Positions 12,301 through 24,662 of a DNA stretch of 64,000 nucleotides are shown piece after piece. The stretch spans positions 19,344,001-19,408,000 of the forward strand of contig OZ260663.1 of NCBI GenBank assembly GCA_965285935.1. Direction: 5' to 3'. This stretch comes from Ophelia neglecta. Lineage: Eukaryota. Both the position numbers and the translations under genes were made by a program. Numbering within the stretch: position 1 is the stretch's first letter; every line of letters begins with the position of its first letter. The notes below the pieces were generated by a model, which made no database searches, was not told the origin of the DNA, and saw nothing but the letters and a program-made list of their open reading frames with translations.

Positions 12301-14602
12301 GCTACGGCAGCAGTGGCCGGCCGGTTGCCCTCCTCAGAGCCCCCTAGTGAGAGTTTTACCAGCGTCAAAGTTCTTGAGTATGAAAAACAGCTGCTGCAAC
12401 AACAGGTGAGCCTATCTTCACTATTTAGCAACACTTAGAACAAATTTATTGTTGGGTGTTGTTTGGTCTAATACTACTTGTCATTGCTGTCCAGGCAAAT
12501 GACAAACTTGTCAGGGCCTTGGGGTAACTATTTCCATTAGCCTACACAATGTAATTTTGTATTTCTTAATGATATTTAGTGTTCTTTACTTTGTCAGTAA
12601 AAGTCACCTCGACTAGAATACCGGTACTTTAATGGTAAAATTGTTCGCGAGGGTTTAAATATGAGAATTTCATGAAAAATCTATCAGTTACAACTTGTGA
12701 AAATCATTTTGGGATGTTTATACAAGGCCTACATATCTCCAGCCTGGAATTCAAAAAGATGCAGAATGGCTTTTGCAAAAACGCAAATTTAATCCTGCAC
12801 AAACATTTTTAAAATGTTGGCCTGGGTTTAAAATTTGGGAATTTCATGAAAGAGCACTCTTGTCTCAAAAATAAAACTCATAAATATTGTTTTTGCATGT
12901 ACATCAAGTGCTAACATATCTTTTGGTGCAAAATTAAAAACCAACGAAGTTTCAATTTCTGCAAAAATGCAAATTTAAACCTGGGGGAACAATTTTACTT
13001 TTACATTAAGGGTGCACTGTTTTTCTTCCAACATTTGTTTCAAATATGACAATATTGGTCACAAATGTTTTTTAAAATATTGTCATTATGATTGATTCTG
13101 TTTAAGCTGAGCCGATATCAAGGAAAGTTGAATAGAAGTGAGATGGACGCTTTGGATCACAAGTCACAACTACTCACTAAGAAAATAGATAAAACTAAAA
13201 ACTTCCTAAAGACGTCGGGGGTAGCCGGTCTCAAAGGTGTGTGGATTTTAATTAAGAAGAAAATGATTGATTTGATTGAGGATTTTGTATTCAATATAAA
13301 TATATGATAAAGGCTGTCCCATTTGAAAATGTAGCAAGGGGGAGGGGGGAGATCTACTAAACTGTTCGTCCTATAGCCTGTTTGCCAAAATACTGTTCAC
13401 CCAGACCGGGGACTGTTTACCACAGAACTGTGCAATTTATTTTCTCGTATTTATATGTGGCTCAACGTCTTTGGATTATTCATCAGACTGTCTTATTAAT
13501 TACTGTCGGTGTGGCTAACATTCTCGTGATAAGTTATGGAATTGATAAGCCTTTAATCTATGCCCAAAACTTTAGTGTGGTATTCCACAGATGCTTAGCA
13601 TCCATATGTCCTGTTTGACTTTTTCATTTTAAATTGACTGTTATTTGTACCATTAAGATAAGGTACCATTAATAGTTGAGCTAACTCATTTTGAATGCAC
13701 CAATCACTATTATCAGTACTATTACATATGGTGTACCACAACCACTGAATGTTTTGTAAGCTCTATGAATCCAGAAAATAAGAAGGTACGAAAAGAAATC
13801 AGCTATAAAAGACAAAAAAAATAAAATTTACTTTTAGACCTTTTTTTCACTAATATTTGCAATGTGGGTGGGACTGAAATTTTTTAGACCCGTACCAAAG
13901 CTCCAACCCTTCAATTGAATATGCTCGACCCCGCTTTGTCTCCCTCTGTTGGTATTTTTATGAACTAGTCATGGCACAGATGCTGCTTGTAGTCAAATCC
14001 AGCGATGTGTTATTTAGAGATTAACAATGCAGCCCTGTTTCAGCGTATGCCGACGGTCTAGAGAAGTGCCAGAAAGGCTATGTGGAGGAGGCCAAGGCCC
14101 TGGTACAGAAAGGGAACCGAGATAAGGCACAGGTCCTCATGACCAAAAAAAAATTGGCACAGAACGAGGTGAAACACACTTACATGATCTTAGACAAATT
14201 TATTAATGCTGCTCAAAATACATTTGAGATTAGATGACAAGCGTTATAATGTAATATTAAGGATCTACAGTGAAACCTGACAATTAGAGACAGCCAAGGG
14301 ACTGAGAAATGTGTTCTCTTTTCTCAGTTGTCCTTATTTCACAGGTTACTTTACATGTAAAGTATTACAACTGTACTAAAAGCAATGTCCTCAATAGTCA
14401 GTGTGTCCCTAATTGTCAGGTGTCCTTTAGGCCAGGTTTTACTGTATGTCACAATCATCTTTGATAATCATAGTTTTCCTATATAAATTATTTTCTGTAT
14501 TTTTAATTGTTCAAAGAAATCAATGCACTTTAATTTTTACAAGTAGAATAATTTAAATTGTTAATTTTACAGATTGATGCGATTCGAGCAAAATTAGGAT
14601 GA
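314..14602 (+). CDS. CC2D1: Coiled-coil and C2 domain-containing protein 1 (CC2D1A/B, Lgd homolog), 5'-partial, 17 exons, 567 aa in window
   Basis: Exons 314-386, 1263-1472, 1624-1757, 3473-3529, 3893-4027, 4872-4930, 6233-6349, 6564-6637, 7636-7691, 8237-8288, 8968-9070, 10525-10615, 11019-11164, 12294-12405, 13107-13236, 14044-14168, 14573-14602 join in phase to TGA. DM14-like repeats (QYEDAIKAHDYGRPVNYEELPCPPG; LQERQLQFKKAALIAKKNGDMELAKKYLKQGKGFDQMI), C2 domain (DTYVKYEFPFPNDEPQKG...GIFKSDKVLG...LMDGRKSIGGKLEVKLRVRDP) and a CC2D1A-like C-terminal tail. Confidence 0.93.
1743..1933 (+). repeat. 57-bp tandem repeat (about 3.3 copies) spanning a CC2D1 splice donor
   Basis: Unit CTTAAACAGGGGAAG|GTAAGCCCACGGCGCACTTGATATGACCTGCCTGGCAGTCAC starts at 1743, 1800, 1857, 1914. 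Confidence 0.95.
1969..2320 (+). mobile_element. tRNA-derived SINE, MetaSINE-like
   Basis: Pol III A box TGGCCGAGTGG (about 1984) and B box GGTTCGAAGC (about 2027). Central GGACTGGTCAACCCAGTGTCAGTATAATGTGACTGGGTGGGG resembles the Meta core as I remember it. 3' tail TGTTGAAAGCCACGTAAAACCC followed by (CAA)n. Confidence 0.85.
2426..2642. mobile_element. Short TIR element; related copy at about 53928-54148
   Basis: TIR GCTGCCCACTT...AAGTGGGCAG; both copies share internal CTTGAAGTGGACCCTCC. Confidence 0.55.
3330..3440. repeat. Minisatellite, about 23-bp unit
   Basis: ACAGTGTATAATCATGATATGA repeated about 4-5 times. Confidence 0.9.
4975..5290. mobile_element. Non-autonomous element with about 29-bp terminal inverted repeats (superfamily unresolved)
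   Basis: CAGAGATGTATATACCTAGAGATTGGAAT at left and ATTCCAATCTCTGGGTATATACATCTCTG at right. Confidence 0.7.
5393..6070. repeat. Degenerate minisatellite, about 31-bp unit
   Basis: Variants of TTACATGAATGTTAATGTTCTAGTGTTCTC repeated roughly 20 times in a CC2D1 intron. Confidence 0.9.
9373..10417 (+). mobile_element. pogo/Tigger (Tc1/mariner) internal-deletion derivative
   Basis: TA-flanked TIRs CAGTGGAATCCCTC...GAGGGATTCCACTG. Decayed CENP-B/psq-type HTH at 10081-10253 (MASKFTRTELPLVKKVELINRTDKTKISQRKLAEQEFGVEKS, frameshift, ANILKRKPDILDA*). No DDD domain. Confidence 0.88.
10608..10694 (+). repeat. 23-bp degenerate tandem repeat spanning a CC2D1 splice donor
   Basis: GTTATGAT|GTAAGTAGTA-type units at 10608, 10631, 10654, 10677. 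Confidence 0.75.
11480..11549. mobile_element. Short CAGT-ended MITE (pogo-type)
   Basis: TA-CAGTGGTCCCTGC...GCAGGGACCTCTG-TA. Confidence 0.75.
11700..11877. mobile_element. CAGT-ended MITE (pogo-type)
   Basis: TA-CAGTGGTCCCTGCGAT...ATCGCAGGGACCACTG-TA; same family as 16652-16810. Confidence 0.85.
14268..14444. mobile_element. CAGT-ended MITE (pogo-type)
   Basis: TA-CAGTGAAACCTG...CAGGTTTTACTG-TA. Confidence 0.8.
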
Positions 14603-16651
14603 AAGTCCACCATTAGTAGCAATGTTGCAGAACTGACATCTCAACGGATATGTAGCTTTTAATACATAGAATAAACTAATAGTTATTTCTACGATGGTAT
14701 TTATTCTAGTGGTTTAAGACATTTTGTCTGACTTGCTGCATGCGTTATATATTGGTACATACCGGATAATTAATTTAGTAGCCCAGTTGTTAGCAGTTTA
14801 TTGGATGAATTAATTGTAATAAGTTACTTCTCCATGCAAACACCCTCCCCAAAACAAATGTTCATTTCTGTCTAATATTCTCAAGGTGTACTTCGTTATG
14901 ATCATTCATCTACAACTGTGACTAAACAGTGTTTTTGAAATACTTGGCAGGTGATCGTTAGCAGTGTCAGAATGGAGCGGGATGTTTAATAGAATTACAT
15001 TTTTCTCAATTTACTTTTGACCTGATCATTTAGTAATTAATAGAAATCTCCTGCTATGAAAAGAAACCCCATGACATTTCTTACATTGCAAGTAGTATTC
15101 TTGTGCCATATGATTGGTTTTACTTGCATTTCTACCTTTTTTGCTTTGTGTGGCGCCCATGAATAAGGGAAATGTTGACATGTATTGCAATCAGGTGGCT
15201 AGGAGTGGTTTTGCTCCTCGGGTATGAGAACATCAGGTTCGGGACAGGAGGCTTGGGGGGGGGGGTGTCAACTTTAAAGATAGTAGAGGTAGTAATTGCA
15301 ACATGGCCAACAACGGTGCATATTGCCTTTTAGTGCTTAATTGCGGGGGTGGAATGCTGCTCACTGTAAAATTATAGGAAAGAAAACTAAATGCCAGTGG
15401 CTATGCATCAACCTCACACAGCAGTAGTAGTATGTGCATATAATAGGAGTAGCCCTACTGTAAAAATATAACCTACCAATTAATGTACCGGAGACATGTC
15501 AACAATTTAATTTATTTATTCCCTAAAAGCAAAATCAAGTCACATTTACTCAACAAATAATAAACTTATTCCTCTGTGTAACCTATCAATCAATTAAATA
15601 ATGTGTACCTGTAAGTACACGTTGAGAAAAAGCTACATGTTTGACCCAGTATACATGTATGTGCTTGCGTCGGGGGCTTGGCAGTATTGTGACACTTTTT
15701 GATATTTTTTTTCTTTAAAAAATGCTGGTCATTTTATTCAATAATAAAATGTTGTATTTTTTCCACAAAACAGTTTTAAGTGTCTAAACATATGTCATTG
15801 GAATTTCTTGTCTCAATGTGTTGTTAGTGATGTTTATTTTAAGTCTTCAAATTGGATACATGTTATAGGTCTAGTGTCTAATTTATCAACTAACTCCTGT
15901 GGTCACATTAAGCGTGTATCTACGTCCAATAAGGCCATTAGTGTTGTACATAAGAATTCTGTCAATGTAAATATTATGAATTTACCATGGAAAGTAATGA
16001 AATAAATAAAATTATATATTAACCTTCCATCACTTGTGTTTTTTTGATGAGAAATGGTATGCCTTACATTTGATTACTTCATGTATACATTATCAAAGAT
16101 AAAAAGGATTTTTTTTTTACCAAATTATGATATACTCTAACCAATAAATTTAATCAATTACAACCAATAAGACCTAACACACATGTTTGAAATCCACTGA
16201 CAAGAACATGCATGACACTACATCCAATGTACCAGAGTATAACATTACAACCTGCAATGCACGTGTAGACATACAAAGAGATAACGCATATTTACTGTGG
16301 GTTTAAACTAACATTTTTGGCAAAAAATGATACTTTGTGGGTTCTTAATTACCCATCAAAAGATGTAGGCACTATGTACACCACAAATAATATTTGCAAG
16401 TTTTAATTTTGTGGCTGAGTGAATTTTCCCAAAATTCATGAATGTAAAGCCATGCTGACATTTTTACGGTTTAGAGTCATCATAAAGTGTTAAAAAGATT
16501 AATATGACAGCCACTGTAATTAACATTACCAGTACCTCAACTTAAATGTGAAGGTAGCTTGATCCAGGTAAACCTTTTCTCTTGACTACAATCCCTTCTG
16601 GTCAATGGACTGTCCATCTGACCAGAGCATTCTCAGCTCCCACAGGGTATA

Positions 16652-16810
16652 CAGTGTTCCTGCGATGTAGGGTCACCCCTACATCCAAGCAAAAGTGTCC
16701 CTACCTAGCAGATGTCCCTTCATCAGAGGGACATTAATAAAGGAAAGATAGGACAAGGGAATTGAAAAATGTCCTGTGGTTGGAGGGTCCCTTCATCGCA
16801 GGGACCACTG
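16652..16810. mobile_element. CAGT-ended MITE (pogo-type)
   Basis: TA-CAGTGTTCCTGCGATG...CATCGCAGGGACCACTG-TA. Confidence 0.82.
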
Positions 16811-19064
16811 TATAGCCCGAGCTGCCGCATGCAGGAATAACGACTAGGCTAGCATTAGGGGCGATCTCAGTCCTACTGGGCTCATTAGAGTCATGATATA
16901 GAGGGAGAATCCCTGCAGAGTATACACCAAAACACACAGGTATGCGCGATGCCAGTCTACTGCTACATATGGTTTACATAGGCTGAAATGTCAGGTGATG
17001 TTGTGCATGGAATTACTATCATAAGTGTCTAAATAACTAGGAATTGCAAAAAAAAAGTGCTTTGAAAATCAGATGACTTTCAGTAGCCCACATACCAAGC
17101 ATGCCTACTGGTTTGGGGGGGGGGGGGGGAGGACCTAAGTTACAACTAATGCATGCTTCTGGGATGGGCACACATCAATGCATCAATTTTAAGTTGACAT
17201 TGAGAAGGTTGACTGCTTTTCAGAGTGTTTTGTCTTCTATAAACCACAAACAACTTTTTGCTCCATGTATGCATGTACGGGGTGTCCTAATTTCAAATTC
17301 CTAGATAGTGGTCAGGCAGACTATCGTGATAGAAATTCAACATTGTAGACCACATTCCACCAATTAAATTATCATCATCATCAACATCATCATCATTATT
17401 AAGAACCTGGCCATGTGCCTGCCAGTCAATCTTTATGACCAATAGATATAAAGGCTTGGTCAGTGTTGTTCCCTTGCTTTTTCATTGCTCATGCTGATAT
17501 TTTATAATTCATATTTTTTCGGCAGATCTGAATCAAAATCAATAAGCTTGGGAAACAGTGATATTTACATGGATTGTTCTCAAATCTGGTTTTAATGTTG
17601 CATCATTTTCTGAAGTATTTTTGTTCTTTGATTTTTTTTTTTTTTTATTTACTTATTGATTTTATTTTTTTTTTAATCATATGCACCACTTCCTAAGTGC
17701 TGAATGAAATCTGCTGGACTGCAGATATAATGATAACACTGTAATTTGCTTAACTTATCCGTTTTTATTTTCTATTAGAGTTCGTCACATTTATTGGCTG
17801 ATTTGTTGAAACGCTGTAGGCATAAACTTACAAAATTGTTAATTGGGCACACAACATGTTGTCTGTTTTCACAATGACATCAATCCCAACATCCCCAAAC
17901 TTTTCCCCCATCTGCAATTTTCATGAGCCCTTTGTTTGGTGAATTATATGAGCGAGGTCAAAAGTTTGGCATTAAAGGGCTTGTGAAAATTAAAGTTAAG
18001 GACCTGAGAGGAGCTAATGACGTATGCTCTAAAGTGCTAAATTAAGGGCAGCAAATAAGTTTACCATCAAAACCGCAACTATTAAGAATACGAAAGTCAA
18101 GGGTTTTACACTAAATCAGGTCTTTTTTAAACAACTAAAAAACCACAAGGATAATTTCAATATCATATTTATTTCTGCCAAAGACTAAGCAAAGTGGTTT
18201 ACATAACTTGATAGGACTTTGTAACTTCAATAACCCACGATAATTTTTTTAACTCTTTCCAAGTCTTGGGAGGATGTTATAGTTTATTTGGTCCGGGTAT
18301 TTTTATTTTAGTTGTTGACAAGCTGGTCAGGAGCTGTTGACAGAGTGTTGTCTGTCATTTCAGCTTCCACAATGTCAATCCATGGCTGTTATAAAATTAT
18401 ATCTGGAAAAAGATCAAAGAGAAAGTATTTAATTAAGATAAAATACTGGCATAATTTTCAGACATTTCACTGTAAATTAATAGGTTAATTTATAAAAGTT
18501 TGATTGACATGAATATTTGGAAAAATGGCCGTGCTTATAGCAACATTTTAAACTGTAGGTTTCCTGTTAACAGTCAACAATAACATTGCCTAGTAGAGAA
18601 ATCTCCAGGATGAGCTGTCCTGATATCAGCATAGTCAATTGTATCAGAAATATTATGCTGATGAACATTTAGCACTTAAAGCTGGGGCACTGATCTTCAG
18701 TTGTTGCCATTGTTGTGAATTATTACAAGGCCAAAAAAAAAATTGTTTGCCATAACCCTACCTAGCCAAGATTTTTTTTCTTTTTTTTATTTCACTAAAA
18801 CAGCTTTACTAAGACATGCTTATTGCACTGCGGGTCTTATGACAAAGGTTTATCTGATACACATGGCTGACCGCATGCTAGATAGATGCTAGACAGATTA
18901 TATCAAGCTAGGCATCTATATATCATTGATGATAGTTTCATTCTAAAGAAAGGTGAAAATTTGCTTCCAGTAGGGAAGTTCTGAACATTGTGTTAAGAAT
19001 CTATATTAACAAAGCAATTATTACTCACACATAGGAATAATAATTTTTTTATTGGTCACATAAT

Positions 19065-19756
19065 TTAGTCCTTCAATATTTGATGCCTGACCAATAAGAA
19101 AGGGGCGGTGAGCCCAGTGCCGAAAAACACCACAAACAAGGCAGCCAGCTTGTATCTGTTATGGATGTCGAATGGCAAATTCTGAAAAAGAAGATCATAT
19201 CACATTAAAGCCTTCACTTTTTACTGTCACATGAAAGCACTGCCATGTGCACTAAAATCTGTATATGTAGCAAAAAAATTATAATTGAGTCCCATCTTAA
19301 CATGTTGAATTTTTGCTGTCCTTCAAAAAGATCTGTTGAATTAATCTTGCTCTTAATTGAAATTATCATCCAGTCAACTCATGTCTATATATTTTACTGG
19401 AAATGTAATTTCATCTTATGCTTTCGTTGACCTTTCCCTCCGAGGGTTTTTGAATATCATAAAAAATGTACATAGCCCGCAAAAAACGTTCAAATTACCA
19501 TCTGCCCAGTGACCACAACTGTCACGTACAGTCATGCTGCATGCTGAATGCAACTTGCTGGATGTGACCTTGGCGTAAAAGGTTCAAAAACTGGCTATTT
19601 TTCTGGCTTGATCGTTATAAGTCACATATATATAATCTCTAACGTGTAGGAAAAACTTACGGAGCCAGGAATACCCTCCTGTTGGATATCTCTTCTGATA
19701 GCAGTAGTGGAAAACCTCCTAGTCAAATTCAGGGCCAACCTTCCCATCGACGCCAT
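19065..19756 (-). CDS. COX7C: Cytochrome c oxidase subunit 7C, mitochondrial precursor (70 aa)
   Basis: Exons 19756-19661 (MASMGRLALNLTRRFSTTAIRRDIQQEGIPGS) and 19181-19065 (NLPFDIHNRYKLAALFVVFFGTGLTAPFLLVRHQILKD*), joined by a phase-0 GT-AG intron. Diagnostic PGxNLPF and PFxxVRHQ motifs. Confidence 0.95.
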
Positions 19757-19925
19757 TTTCACTTCTGTGAGGGACAGCCTCGGTTTCTGACCGGAATCCG
19801 TTTGAGGGAATCTCCGCCATATGACGTATGCAACTGGGGAATCCCATCGTGGCCGGAGGGCTTCACTTTCGCAGGAGGGCTGCACTGACCGATTTAATTT
19901 TGTTATTTAAGGTTCTTTATTAGTA
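19751..19925. promoter_or_regulatory. Putative bidirectional promoter between COX7C and NAXE
   Basis: CpG-richer stretch with YY1-like CGCCAT (19751 and about 19815), ETS-like CCGGAA (19791) and a CRE half-site TGACGT (about 19822). A + strand donor-like GTAAGC at 19923 could close a non-coding NAXE exon. Confidence 0.5.
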
Positions 19926-20615
19926 AGCTACTGGTTTGCAATTAATTTAGTTACTTGAAAGTGTATGTGTCTCTTCATTGTTACCACGATGAAAGTGTGT
20001 CAGCCGATGGAATCGGACAGAATTGAATGATCTCAGACAAACTTGCAAGTGTCAGTGGTGTGGTATTGACACTTGCACATGCACCAGGCACTTTCCCTTG
20101 TGCCCAGACCTGCTTGCGAGCCCAAGCGGCGGCTCCTGGGAATAGGCTACATGGTCAATAGTAGCATACCCACGGGGGCGGGGGGGGGGTTAACTCAGCC
20201 CAGGGTAGGGATGTGCCGATTTTTTAGTTCTTTTGCTATCTGTATATATGTGGGTCGTTATTTTTGAAGTTCAGTATCAGTTATATTCAGCTTATTGCCA
20301 GTTTTGATCCGAACTGATTGTTTGCCTTAAAAAATTGAATGGATTAGTTGAATGATGCGACCGGCTGATTAACAAAGTCTGAGTGTAATTTTTCAGAGGT
20401 CCCATGTAAAGGCATTGCATGCATGTGGTCATTATTTATGGAAAGGCAATAATGGTGCCGGGCAATAAGGAAAGTTATATCACCTATTAGGGCTGCATAC
20501 CAGTATCAGACACTACTGGTATCTTACCATCTTCGAGGTATTGGTATTGCTTTGAACCGACTTTTTCGATACTTGGATACAATACTTTTTAGCAGCAAAG
20601 GATTGAAATTAGAAT

Positions 20616-20865
20616 CAGGGGTCTACACTAACTTTTCTCAGCACTTGCCCAAGGGCAAGTAGCACCAGGAAACTACTTGCCCGCACCATAGGCTTACTGT
20701 CCCAAAATTATTTGTACATATAGAATATACAAGATATCCAACAATCGGCAATTTGGGGAATTTTAGCAGGTTTCCCCGGCGGGAAGTTAGTAACTAAAAC
20801 CATTGTGCCCGCAAGCAGATTTGAGGTGCCCCGGGACTTCGGGCAATAGTTAGTGTAAACCCCTG
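20616..20865. mobile_element. CAGGG-ended MITE (hAT-like), 250 bp
   Basis: TIR CAGGGGTCTACACTAAC...GTTAGTGTAAACCCCTG, flanked by direct TAGAAT; near-identical inverted copy at 32066-32315. Confidence 0.88.
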
Positions 20866-21018
20866 TAGAATATAGGACATAGAAAGTTGTGTACATTTAC
20901 AAAATTTGTCATTGTATTCAGTATATTTAGTTTTAGCTCAAGTGTTGCATTTTTTATGGTTTGAAAAAAGAGATATAATGTAAGCACACAGCTCAATTCC
21001 CTTGAAACACTGCCCTGT

Positions 21019-21128
21019 GTAACCAAAGATCTTTAGGACGTATCGGTAACCAAAGATCTTTAGGACGTATCGGTAACCAAAGATCTTTAGGAAGTATCGG
21101 TAACCAAAGATCTTTAGGAAGTATCGGT
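21019..21128. repeat. 27-bp tandem repeat x4
   Basis: GTAACCAAAGATCTTTAGGA(C/A)GTATCG. Confidence 0.92.
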
Positions 21129-21420
21129 ATCGTTTGGGTATTGGTTCCGGTTCACAAGTACCGGTATCAAATTGTTTCAAACCAAACAGTATTCAGCCCT
21201 ACCTCCTAATGTCTAGTTAGAAAGTCAGCACTTTTCTGAAAAAAGGGTCCCTTTTGAAGCAAAATTCAGTGGAAAAGGAGATATATATTAATTTCATGAT
21301 CGAGCATGTCCCCCTTTTGCATGAGAGTGCAGTGACCAGGACATACCTGGTTTCCTGTACACATCCTTTTTTCCAAACAGGAGCAGTGCATTATTTGCAC
21401 ATCAGGCCAACAGCAGTTAA

Positions 21421-24400
21421 ATGTATAGACTTGCTAGACAGCTGCTGAAGTTTTCGTTTTACCAACCAGTGAATCTTTCTGTTTCAAAGTTCTGCCAACC
21501 AGTTATCAACATGTCCACTATTAAATATCTGGGGTAAGTAGTAAACACACGTATTTTTTAGTTATAAACTTAGTAACTTCCAAGTCTTTTATCCTTGGTG
21601 TAAAAAATATCCTCAAGGTGTAAAAAGTAAAAATCAGTTTTTAAAATTTTTAAAAATGAGATGGTATTAAAAGAGTTTTTGGTTTGTACTTGGTGTTCTG
21701 TTGAACCTGATGCAGACATTCTTAGAGTAGGTGGGGAGAGGAGTTTATAGTAAAGAAAACAACCACCGGTTCTAGTAATTTTTAAGCTATAAGGGACTTT
21801 AGCTGCCATGAATATGCACTATGATAGATGGCTAAATCCCCATTAGCTGGCTAAGAAGAAGAGTTGGCATGTACTCTCAACATCTGTATTTAGTAGTGTT
21901 ATGATTAATCAATTTAATGATAGGATGCTTTTTATTATGACCTACTGATCACAGATGATTCTGCAATTATCGGTATTATTTATCACATATGAATATGCAA
22001 AGTACACCATGTATATTCCTTGATTTTTAAAACAGAAGATTTCCACTGATTTCCACTAATTCGCATACAAAAGTTTGTTTCATATACATAATGCCAGCTT
22101 AATCGCTTAAAAATTATTTTAGTGATATCAGCTATCTAAAGCTCTAGGAAATGAAGGCATTAGTCATTTTTTTATCAATCATTTAATAGAAAGATTACTC
22201 TTGCAGTCAGAGTGAGGCTCAGAACATTGACCAGGAGCTGTTTACGGAGTACAGGTTCAGTGTCGACCAGCTGATGGAACTAGCAGGACTCAGCTGTGCT
22301 GTGGCCGTTACCAAGGTAACCTGCTAGGGATCACCATGCAGGGTTCGCATTTGTGCCATCTCTGTATCTTTTTGAAGCATAAAAATGGATTAGGATGCAA
22401 AATATTTGCCCCCCCCCCCCCCCTCCCTGTATGTACTGGGATGCTAATTTGTCAAGGAATATAACTGATTTACCCATGTTTAAAAAGACAGCGGGAGCAC
22501 TGCCAGGGTTAAAAATGATATCAAATAATATTCAGGCAAACCAACACGATTTTGCTAGGTAATCATAGGTACACAAACACCAGTGATCATAGTAAGGCTG
22601 TGACCATTTTGCGGGGGGGGGGGGGGGGGGGGGGGGGCAAGAATTTTACGACAAATTCTTTTCAACGAATCCAAAGCAAATCTTTTTAGAGTCAGATTTT
22701 TTTTGTCAACAGAACTCAGAGTTACATTCTTTCCAACAGAATTGAGATTTAAATTTTTTTTTCTTCGAAAATATGCATGAAGGATATCAAATGGTTGCTG
22801 CCTAACTGCAGATATTGTATCCTTCATGGCGGGTCACAATATTGTAGCATAATTAGATTGCCAAACTTTGCCCAGCTATGGACATAAATTTTCAGTGCAA
22901 CTGGGTGTGTCTCTTTTTTAAGCCATGCATTAGATCTATTGATCTTGTTTAAAGAATTACAACGTCCACCCGTTGCTGTATGCCAAATTCAAAACCAAGA
23001 AAGTAACTGTAACAAAAAGGGTGGTTATGGCTAAGATGGGATACCAATCCCAAGTTCAAATCTGACATATTGTTTTGCCTCTTCTTGTGACTCGACCAGT
23101 TAGGAACAAGATACCAACGCATGATTAATCTAGAAAGAACAAATTAACAAGGCGACTACTTGTCATAGTTAGCACGTTTCTGTGGAGTCACTGTGCTCAC
23201 AGGTGGAGGTGTGAGCTGCATGTCTACAAATATACCAAGTGTTTGTAATAGTATGCATGTACGTATATAGTTGAAATATACACAGCATATGATGACGAAT
23301 GTAATGCAAATTGTAACACAATTAAACCAGTTTTATTTTAAGTGTAACTTGAGTCAGCTGTGAGCTGGGCCTTTGACATACTATGAGTAAGTTGAGATAA
23401 TTTGTTGATGACATTGTACAGGTATACCCTGCTGAGGAGATGACCAAACCAGGTGGGGTGCTAGTGTGTTGTGGGCCAGGAAACAATGGAGGGGATGGTC
23501 TGGTCGCAGCCAGACACCTCAAACTGTTTGTAAGTGGATTATGAAAACATTAAAAATAAAAACATGTATAAAGTTAGTATTATCTAGTTATGATGGACTT
23601 AGCTTGGTAAGTCTTTGGCTATAATTATGCATTTATATTTTATTAAGACAATTAATTGATTAGAAAAGATTTATAATATGCTACTCTGCATGGATTAGGA
23701 CCCATAATAACTTTCAGGGCTTGATACCTCCTAGCAGAAGGCAGTGAATGTAGCTATATTTACTATTTTCTGATGTCTCTGTTTTTCATTGTTTTAACAT
23801 GATGATTAGGCTAGGCACATATGTTTAAAAATACCAATGGATTGTATTTCATTGATAGGCTTCGTATGTTATACACCTTATCAAAGAATGTTTGTTAGCA
23901 AAATGACCAGAAGATCAATTTAACATGGGATAAGTAAATTTAATATTTATACCAGGGCTACAATCCATGCGTATTCTACCCCAAACGTACTGAGAAGACA
24001 CTTTACGAGTCCTTGACGATCCAGTGTGAACGTATGGAGATTCCCTTCATCAATGACCTGCCTGACCCGACCCAAATCGGGGAGCAGTTCAATCTGATCA
24101 TCGATGCTCTATTTGGGTTTAGTTTCCGAGGTCCACCTCGACCGCAGTTTGCCATAATTTTGGAAAAGCTTAACCAATCACAGGTGCCGATTGCCAGTGT
24201 TGATGTACCCTCAGGTGAGTAGATTTTTTTCTTCCTTTTTTGATTACTAATAGTCAAAATATAGATTAGTAGTTTGATGAATTGGATGGAAATCAAATTG
24301 GAATCTGATCAGTTCATAGTTTGTTCACCATGTAATTCTGTTCATATCAGTGGATGAAAAAGTAGATTTTTATGCCTATGGCTATAATTTGCCTATTTGC

Positions 24401-24662
24401 CTTACAGTTGTCAAACTGTAGATGATAAACTATGGCTTGCTCCTTGTTTGTAGGTTGGGATGTGGAGCAGGGTAACCCAGAGGGATTACAGCCACAGATG
24501 TTGATATCACTCACCGCCCCTAAACTCTGTGCTAAACTGTTCAAGGGCCGTCACTTTCTGGGCGGAAGGTTTGTGCCTCCTGACCTCGCAAGGAAATATG
24601 ACCTCAATCTTCCTCTGTATCCTGGTGTAGAGTGTTGTGTAGAGCTGCCTTCGTTTGATTGA
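21421..24662 (+). CDS. NAXE: NAD(P)HX epimerase (YjeF_N, APOA1BP), 265 aa or 235 aa from the second ATG
   Basis: Exons 21421-21533, 22207-22315, 23422-23529, 23956-24214, 24454-24662 join in phase. Motifs IDQELF...[70 protein letters not shown]. Confidence 0.95.
22596..22802. mobile_element. PIF/Harbinger-like MITE
   Basis: TAA-GGCTGTGACCATTT...AAATGGTTGCTGCC-TAA. Confidence 0.55.

Larger units (their letters stand above)
20488..21201. mobile_element. hAT-like non-autonomous element containing a nested MITE and a 27-bp tandem array
   Basis: TIR TAGGGCTGCATAC...GTATTCAGCCCTA; TSD degenerate. Confidence 0.65.

Noticed and set aside
18403-19028. C/D snoRNA in the COX7C 3'-UTR intron
   Set aside because: No RUGAUGA box C found on the sense strand by eye; an H/ACA RNA cannot be excluded without Infernal.
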